A stretch of 64,000 nucleotides of DNA from Sporopachydermia quercuum (taxonomy: Eukaryota): contig BCGN01000005.1 of the NCBI GenBank assembly GCA_001599295.1, positions 434,001 through 498,000 of the forward strand, read 5' to 3'. Below, in pieces: positions 56,421 to 64,000 of this stretch; positions within the stretch are counted from its first letter, which is position 1; each line of letters starts with the position of its first letter. The position numbers were made by a program, and so were the translations under genes. The notes under the pieces were generated by a model. That model was not told the DNA's origin. It made no database searches and saw nothing but the letters and a program-made list of their open reading frames with translations.

Positions 56421-59400
56421 TTATTTGAAACGGTCAATTGTTTTGAATGAAACGATTTATCAAGTTTCGATACAATCAATAGTAGTCGTTAGAACTGTCT
56501 AGCATTGAGTTAAGCTCGGTAGATTAACATGAGGATGCTTGTATGGCTGTTAGAACATGACTGTAGTAAAGAAGGGAGTGGTTTATTTGCATAAAGTGAA
56601 TTGTAGATTAGAATATTCAGATAAGAGATGGGGTATTCAGGTATGAACTGAATTCGGATTTCATGTGGCATTACCGCCTTTAGAAACAACGAGGGGTTCT
56701 TTTTGGAATAATATGGTGATACGTTGTTTGGCTTGTAATAATAATCAATTATACAAGAGAGTTCTGAACCAGCTTTCAACATCCCCATTTGAAAGTGTGT
56801 CCCTGATTGAGAAGTTATAGTACATATTCTCAGCTACAAATTGTCGATATCATTTATTCGTTACCCGTCCAAAGTCTGCGAGATCAGAATGTCAGAAGTT
56901 ACAGTGTAGCCCTTGATTTACCTACATACCAACTATATAATAACAGGGGGAAATATCTTAAGTATCAAAAATGATTGATATTAATATTCTTTGAATCAAA
57001 TCACGTATGTAGTATATGATTATAAATATGCGAAGACAAGCTATCGATCGTGTTCCTTTTTCTCCTCTGTCATGATGATACTTCAAGTATTATTTGATGT
57101 TGTATGCATATTCAGGTATATTGTGCATTTTTTGCATAAGGTTAAGGTGCTACACACCACGCTATCAAGGCATTCAGATAATTTCATTTAACTCTGCACA
57201 GTTCAGCAAAAATTGTTCCCATAATAAACAAACTCAATAAAACATAATCCGTTTATGATACATTCTAGTACACATTCAGTTAATGGGTACTTTTTTTTGT
57301 TTCCGATTTGGGGTAAATCCCATCTCTAGAGATTCTTCCACCTTGTATCTTTCAGTAGAGTCAGACTAAACGTACTTCTCACCAACACTATTGGTAGCTC
57401 TTCCACGACATTTTTATGTCTTTCAAAATGGATCTACAAATACTAGGCTTTGTGCAAGCTTTGAATAAACGGTTTATATCTGAAAATGATATATTGACCT
57501 CCTTTCTTTATTTCTATCAAACATTTTTGCTCTTCCTTTTGTTACTCACGTATGAATAAGCAAGCATACGTATGAATAACATCCCTCACTAACAGTTCTA
57601 TTTACTGCACTGATCTCACAAATAAAAAACAGACTTCGAGAGACTTTTCTTTATCTTAGAATATCGGCTATATGTCGTGATAATCAGTATATAAGATATG
57701 GAGTATGTGAATACATTACGTGATCGATAGTTTTTTGGAATTAGATGCAGAAGACCTTAGATGAAATTGAATCAAATTGCTTCTTGAGATTGTTAGCTGG
57801 ATTCGGATAATTACCAGTCCAGCCATATAGAGTGTATAACTCATTACTCTTGAAACAAGAACTCTTTTTTGAGCTGCTTGTTATGTGCAAAAAGGACAAA
57901 TATATGATCATCACCATATATTATTCCGAGAACCAGTACATTGATTGCGTTTTTACTGCAAATACAATTTCAAGGAGAATCAGATTGATAGATAGGTAGT
58001 TCTCGAAGTATCACGTTCACGGGACTACTTTACAAAAAGAAATAACGATATGTATTTTCATGATAACTTGGTTAAATTAGTATCGGAAGGTTAATATTAA
58101 TAAAGAAACAGATTAGTTCAGGAGCTACTGCATGCAAAGTCTTAAAACCTGCGGGCAGCACGCTCATGTCCCGAAATGAACGTTGCTGGCTCTGTTTTTC
58201 TCCCGTTATTTACTAGTTGGTTCTAATGCTCCCTTCTGATAATATTTCACTCTACAATGACTGTTCTATAGTTATGTCGAAATCGGCTTGCATTTCAGCT
58301 GATTGGCTCGATCATCCAAATTCTCTATGTATCAACAAGGTTCATAAACCTTGAACGAGGTTTAAAAATAGATAGGGCCATTTCAATAGTCTTACGAATT
58401 CTTCACGGTCCTTAATGCTTATCCCATTTAAAGAATATAAAAAAGCTTGGAGCTACTGTCTAATTATAACAGCGACTAGCGAAACCCCAAACTCTTTTAT
58501 TTTTGTCCGCTGAGACAGGTCTAATGTCTTTCTCATTNTCAGTGATAGAGCGGATATCAAGATATCAGTTCTTTCGCCGTATTGATCACCAGTCAATCAA
58601 GACATACATACTTACATACTTACATATATACACATCACGCCGCATTTAACTACGTGCACAGATGCTCATCATCGCAAACCCATTAATGAGATCACATAAA
58701 ACATAAATAAACCATTACCAAAAATATATCTACGTCTCAATATTTATAAGACTACTAAATATATAAATAATTATTGCGTATCATATTTCTATGTAAATAT
58801 TTATATACCATATTCCTTCAAATTATATTATCATTTTATTTTTTTTGCTTCAGTATGTATTTCATTCTTAGGCAGTGCCTTCTGCAATACATATGAGAGT
58901 AAGTATTTCCCTTTAGGGAATACTTGTGCTCTTCAAAAATAGCTATGCAAATTGAAACTGTTCTGTTGGGGTCGAAGCCAGGATATAACAATGGCTGGAG
59001 AAAGTATTTGATGGTAATTATTACCATGAAGTGTTGGATTCAGTAAGGAGAAGAAGGAATAAAGACGGAAATTATTTAGTAAATGAATGACAAAGTGGAC
59101 AGTCTAAATATTCTGTAAGAGTTTTTGGTTGATTCTTATGGTGTTGATATTGTCAATGCAATTTGGATAGTACATAGTAACAAACATAACGTCAGTGGTA
59201 CAGCATTTGTTAGTGAAAGAGACATCATAAATCAAGAGAAGAAAATATTACGGGTGAAAAAGCGCATATTATATTAACTCGAAAAGAAAAAGCATATTTA
59301 ATATAAGAAGTTATAGCATTTGTTGAGGTAGATTGCAGTTGCTTGTTCGTTTGTTTACTCTTGGTTCTGGTGAACGAAGGAGATCGATTGGAAATTATCA

Positions 59401-59935
59401 ACAAAATAAGCAAGTTTCTGAAAATCTTAGAAGTAACTAACCAAAACGTGCCTGCATCAAACTAAAAGAAAAAAAGAGAGAAGCATTGGGATTAAAATAG
59501 GTTTGTTAAATAACAACTGAAAACTAGTGGGAAGTTGATACGAAAGAAGACAACCAATTCTAGCACCAACAATAATCCAAGACTGAATAAGACGTCTTCA
59601 ACCATTAAGTGAAACTAATTGCATCAATAATAGTGCTGAATAAGGGGAAACTGAAAGGGCCCTTTGTGCTGATTATATTTAAACTCGAAAGCAACTGCTA
59701 GAACTCATATAATGAATAGTGGGATATCTATTGAAGAAGCTAGAATCGAATTTTATATCACAGCCTTTATCAGAGACTATTGAGCATTCACCTCGCTATT
59801 AGCATTAATATTATACAGTTCGTTAACTCACTTATCCACTCCTTTATTTTTCTGCTCATTAATTGTTGATTGTTCCATTAAAACAAAAGTTTCGAAGCAT
59901 AACTCTTAGTAACAAATACATATATATCTGGAAAG

Positions 59936-62900
59936 ATGGGCCAGGAAATGTCGATAGATGATGGTGCTAATGATGATAAAATGGCCCCAAGGTCATCTTC
60001 AAGTTCACAGTTTCTTAACTACCGACAAAGCAATGGTCTGAAAATGAATAAAGCCAGTCAAATAAGTGCCTCGTCCTTCACATTAAATGAAAAACAACTA
60101 AGCAGCCTTTGGCCATATTTTCGGAAAGGTGTCGTTGTTTTCCTGAAACTGATATATCTACTGATCAAGATCCCTTACATTTTAGTAGTTGGTCTTGGTC
60201 CAAGTTTCACCAACTCGAGAAATGTTGGTGGCTATATTAATTCTTTGCGTAAGAAAAGGAGCACTTGGTTGATTATTTCATTCTTGTGCTGTCTGACGGT
60301 GGGATTATTCTCAGCAATCTCTTACTCATTTATAAATTGCCAACATGAACAGAAGTCATGTAAAATGTCATATATGTTCCCATCATACGCCAGAGTTACC
60401 TCGTTCGATGAAACGCAAACCAAATTCTCATCAAAATACTCTCTTTATTTTTACAGAGACCAAAATTTTGACGTCGGCTTGAAACCTTCTGGTGTTCCTG
60501 TTTTATTCATCCCAGGAAACGCTGGAAGTTATAAACAAAGTCGAGCAATTGCTAGTGAATGTGCCCGTCGCTATTATCAAGAGTATGAATCAGATAATCT
60601 GGCTCAGAATCTGGATTTTTTTACTGCTGATTTCAATGAGGATCTTACTGCATTCCATGGGAGAACCATGTTAGACCAAGCGGAATACTTAAATGAAGCA
60701 GTGAAATTTATTCTCTCGCTATATCAAGACAATAAGTTCAGTAATCAAGATAACGCAAGCTCACCAGTAAGTACTTCTGCAACTTCCACAGCTATTCCAC
60801 CTCCTGAGTCTGTTATATTACTAGGACATTCAATGGGAGGTATTGTTGCAAGAGTTATGCTTACGTTGCCCAACTATGAACCAGGAAGTGTCAACACCAT
60901 CATCACATTGTCATCACCGCATTCAGTTCCTCCGGTAACTTTTGATTGGGATATTATCAAGATTTATAACTCTGTGAACAAATACTGGAGAGATTCTTTC
61001 AGTTCGAATAAAGTAGGAAGTGAGAATCCTTTGGCTGATGTTGCTTTGGCTTCCATCACTGGTGGAAGCTTAGATACTGTTTTGCCTTCCGATTACACTG
61101 CAACTTCATCAGTTATTCCTAAAACCAATGGATTCAATATATTTTCTACTGGTATACCTAATGTTTGGTCAAGTATAGATCATTTAGCTATTGTCTGGTG
61201 TGATCAATTAAGAAAAGTATTGTCTAATGTCTTCATGGAAATCGTGGATAAAAGTTCACCAAGCAAAACGAAACCATTGAATGAAAGAATGCTAGTATTT
61301 GCTAAATATCTAACCAGTGGTTTTGAAGATAGTTCTGATCTATTGTCTTTTAATCCNCTTGCTGCTTATGGTGGCGGAATGGAAATCAACACATTGGTAA
61401 AAGTAGATAATCCTGAATTTTCTGCTATATCGAAGAAATTAACATCATCAAAAACAGCGGCAAAAGCTGATGTTGGCTTTGATGGTGTTTTGNAATATAA
61501 GACCAATCACTATTCTACCAAGGTATATCCGATTGATCATAACATGGAAAGTAATTTATTAAGTATTTTAACTAGTTATCGGATCTTACCAACACCCGAT
61601 AACAATTCGATTGATCTTACTCAAAACATGGAAGATGGTGTATATTCCTTATTGTGCAGATTCTCGAAAGACCCTGTATCATCATTGAAATCGCATCCAG
61701 CAATTGACTTGAGATTAAATAAGGGCAAGACTAATGACTATGAAAATATGTTGTGTATGAATACTGTGGACCGTGTGATTCAATTGCCTCAATCATATCA
61801 TTCAACTGTTGCCAAAAATGAAGGCACTTTCAATTACATCCAATTGAATTATTCAGATCTCAGTTCTTTCGACACTGTGGTTCTTATCAATCCCAATGAA
61901 CAGTTGAATACAGAGAAACCAACGGTTGTGCAAGCACCTTCATCTTCATCAGGCTTTTTGAGAGTTCAGTCAAAAAGTTTGAATGCGACGAAGAAAGTAC
62001 CAAGAAATATCTTAAAGATGATATTCTCTGGGATTAGGTGGACCTTGAATGATAATCTTCTTAATGAACTGGTAATTGAGAATGCTCGTAACAGTTTGCT
62101 AGTTTACAAACTGAAATATATTGCACCAGACTGTAATAAAGGATCATTCAGTCCCATTCTGAGGCAATCTATCACTGATCCTTATGAATCAAGAATCAGT
62201 ATCAATCTATGCACTAACCCTGTTCAATACATTTCATTTCATGGAATTGCACCTTATGTTCCATTCTTTGATCCTGAAGTTGTTCCTAATGACATTCTGT
62301 TGCAACTTTGGAGTGATAACTATTTTGAGAATAGTGATACGGAACTCACAAAAAGTAGCAATGGCGATAAACAACTGCAAAAACATACTGACAATAACGA
62401 GCAATATGCAATTATCTCAGTTGACATCTGGAGAAGTATGGGAAGCCTTGTTATGAGATATAGACTACTATTTGTCTCTATTCCCGTGTCAATTGTTGCC
62501 CTTGTTTTACTGATTCAATTTCACATCTACAGTTGTACCAAGGAGTTCATCTCGTTCTTTGACGGAATGGTTTTATTCATTAGAAATTATCTACAGTTTA
62601 TAATAGTCCTGATTGCATTCCTACCATCAATTCTCTCAAACAAAACGATAAAATCATTGTTGTACTTTTTGGATCCTTCATCAAACCAATCATTACAACA
62701 ATTGCTACTACTGTCCTCAGATTTAACTGTAAACGAGTTTTTTCTCGGTACTGAAGATACTTCATTATGGTTTGTCGGCACGATTATTTATCTACTTGGT
62801 GTAGGTTTGGTTATCATTATCGAAAGGTTAATGACGTTAGTGGCAGAGATTGCTTCAAGTATATTGTTACTGGTGTATCGTGGTGTACTGAAGACAAATA

Positions 62901-63739
62901 CTAAAAGAAGGAAACAAAAGATAGCAAAATTTGATTTGGAATTTAGACCAAACTCGAACAAAGCCTCAGTTTTTGATAGTAGAAGAAGAACAGTTACATC
63001 GATATTATTGTTTGCTGCTGTGATCTTCTGGGTTCCTTACCAGTTCGCATACACAGTGGGTTGTGGTGTTTTGGTTGTTACATATATTCGACTTCTAATT
63101 TCAGCCAAAGCTCAAAAAGGATCAACAAAAACCTCCAGTGCTTCACAGAATGTACCAATAGGCACTCCTGAGAGTATTGCATCTAACTTCAAGAACTATT
63201 TATTTTCTATCCTATTGATAATGTTGTGGATTCTACCTGTAAATATCCCCGTTCTAATAGTTTGGATTCATAACTTGTCAATGAGATGGAGAACACCATT
63301 TTCTTCTCACCATAACTTTTTATCGGTTGTTGCAATCATAACCCTAGTTGAAAGAATCGCATCTGGCTCTATGATCCCTAGTGCGTCCATGGCATCACAA
63401 CGATTCTTTACAGAAGTAGCATTATTATACATCTCGTTCTATTCTTTGATATATGGTTGTGAACATGCCTACTGGCTTCATCATTTGCTTAACTTTTTCT
63501 TTACTTGGTTACTTGTGATTTATATCGAAGAAGGTGTTAAGCCTGGTATTGACAACGATATAGAAATGGATAACAATGAAGTTGATGTCAATGGAATTAA
63601 TGAGAAGAATAAGAATAAGAATAGGGGTATGGCACCTGTTGGGCATTATATTGGTGTTGATCTCAACAATAGTAGTAATGGTGGGGGTATCGTGAAATGT
63701 AGTAACACTACGCATGATGATAGAAATTCTGATATTTAA
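59936..63739 (+). CDS. BST1: GPI inositol-deacylase (PGAP1 family)
   Basis: CKMSYMFPSY, PVLFIPGNAGSYKQ, DFNEDLTAFHG, catalytic GHSMGG, DHLAIVWCDQL, multiple C-terminal TMs, WRTPFSSHHN. Confidence 0.96.
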   Translation: MGQEMSIDDGANDDKMAPRSSSSSQFLNYRQSNGLKMNKASQISASSFTLNEKQLSSLWPYFRKGVVVFLKLIYLLIKIPYILVVGLGPSFTNSRNVGGYINSLRKKRSTWLIISFLCCLTVGLFSAISYSFINCQHEQKSCKMSYMFPSYARVTSFDETQTKFSSKYSLYFYRDQNFDVGLKPSGVPVLFIPGNAGSYKQSRAIASECARRYYQEYESDNLAQNLDFFTADFNEDLTAFHGRTMLDQAEYLNEAVKFILSLYQDNKFSNQDNASSPVSTSATSTAIPPPESVILLGHSMGGIVARVMLTLPNYEPGSVNTIITLSSPHSVPPVTFDWDIIKIYNSVNKYWRDSFSSNKVGSENPLADVALASITGGSLDTVLPSDYTATSSVIPKTNGFNIFSTGIPNVWSSIDHLAIVWCDQLRKVLSNVFMEIVDKSSPSKTKPLNERMLVFAKYLTSGFEDSSDLLSFNXLAAYGGGMEINTLVKVDNPEFSAISKKLTSSKTAAKADVGFDGVLXYKTNHYSTKVYPIDHNMESNLLSILTSYRILPTPDNNSIDLTQNMEDGVYSLLCRFSKDPVSSLKSHPAIDLRLNKGKTNDYENMLCMNTVDRVIQLPQSYHSTVAKNEGTFNYIQLNYSDLSSFDTVVLINPNEQLNTEKPTVVQAPSSSSGFLRVQSKSLNATKKVPRNILKMIFSGIRWTLNDNLLNELVIENARNSLLVYKLKYIAPDCNKGSFSPILRQSITDPYESRISINLCTNPVQYISFHGIAPYVPFFDPEVVPNDILLQLWSDNYFENSDTELTKSSNGDKQLQKHTDNNEQYAIISVDIWRSMGSLVMRYRLLFVSIPVSIVALVLLIQFHIYSCTKEFISFFDGMVLFIRNYLQFIIVLIAFLPSILSNKTIKSLLYFLDPSSNQSLQQLLLLSSDLTVNEFFLGTEDTSLWFVGTIIYLLGVGLVIIIERLMTLVAEIASSILLLVYRGVLKTNTKRRKQKIAKFDLEFRPNSNKASVFDSRRRTVTSILLFAAVIFWVPYQFAYTVGCGVLVVTYIRLLISAKAQKGSTKTSSASQNVPIGTPESIASNFKNYLFSILLIMLWILPVNIPVLIVWIHNLSMRWRTPFSSHHNFLSVVAIITLVERIASGSMIPSASMASQRFFTEVALLYISFYSLIYGCEHAYWLHHLLNFFFTWLLVIYIEEGVKPGIDNDIEMDNNEVDVNGINEKNKNKNRGMAPVGHYIGVDLNNSSNGGGIVKCSNTTHDDRNSDI

Positions 63740-64000
63740 TATAATTGCATAATTCAGTCTCTTTTCTTTTTGGAACTTTACTATTTCTTGGGTTCGATGA
63801 TGCTAATCAGCCATTGTTATTATAATAATGATTAGTGTATAATGTATAATGCTATAAGACAAATTTGATTAATTTGAATGGAACGAAAGAAGAAAAAATG
63901 TATTACATTAAGTACATGAATACTTTGTAGATATTAATCAACTTCATTCCTTGTGCAATCAGAAATCACTATCTAGCACTGGGCATTTTATTCACCAATT

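Noticed and set aside
5236..63715. Many 60-160 aa ORFs antisense to or overlapping real genes, and hydrophobic intergenic ORFs (e.g. 12428-12817, 33548-34021, 55712-56071, 56510-56788)
   Set aside because: Shadow ORFs or AT-rich noise, many with non-AUG starts and no recognisable motifs.
1..64000. tRNA, rRNA or CRISPR arrays
   Set aside because: No cloverleaf with A/B boxes, no rRNA signature and no repeat-spacer array seen by eye; tRNAscan-SE and Infernal would be decisive.

Overview
AT-rich nuclear DNA from an ascomycete budding yeast. Conserved Leu positions use CTG (standard code). Introns are short GTATGT...ACTAAC...YAG types. A mitochondrial acyl-CoA dehydrogenase and an ACOT9-type thioesterase point to a lineage outside Saccharomycetaceae (inference). 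About 19 protein genes: PDB1 (5'-truncated), PCS60, ECM29, PSG1-like, short/branched-chain acyl-CoA dehydrogenase, BUR6, VPS10/PEP1, CGR1 (spliced), an orphan F-box protein, inositol monophosphatase (spliced), TRM5, RRP4, OMS1, a 111-aa mitochondrial-looking microprotein, an RGS protein, a Met28/MetR-like bZIP, a double-hotdog thioesterase, AXL2 and BST1. No tRNA, rRNA, CRISPR array or intact transposon was recognised. This is mostly housekeeping DNA and I cannot show a new multi-gene system. The best leads are the microprotein with a partial Kgd4-like motif and its motif-dense promoter, a possible decayed Ty1/copia relic near 3.5-4.0 kb, a cryptic minus-strand spliced unit near 41 kb, a duplicated RGS N-terminus, and a 14.7 kb block with no ambiguous bases. 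Homology calls come from motif recognition only; no searches were run.
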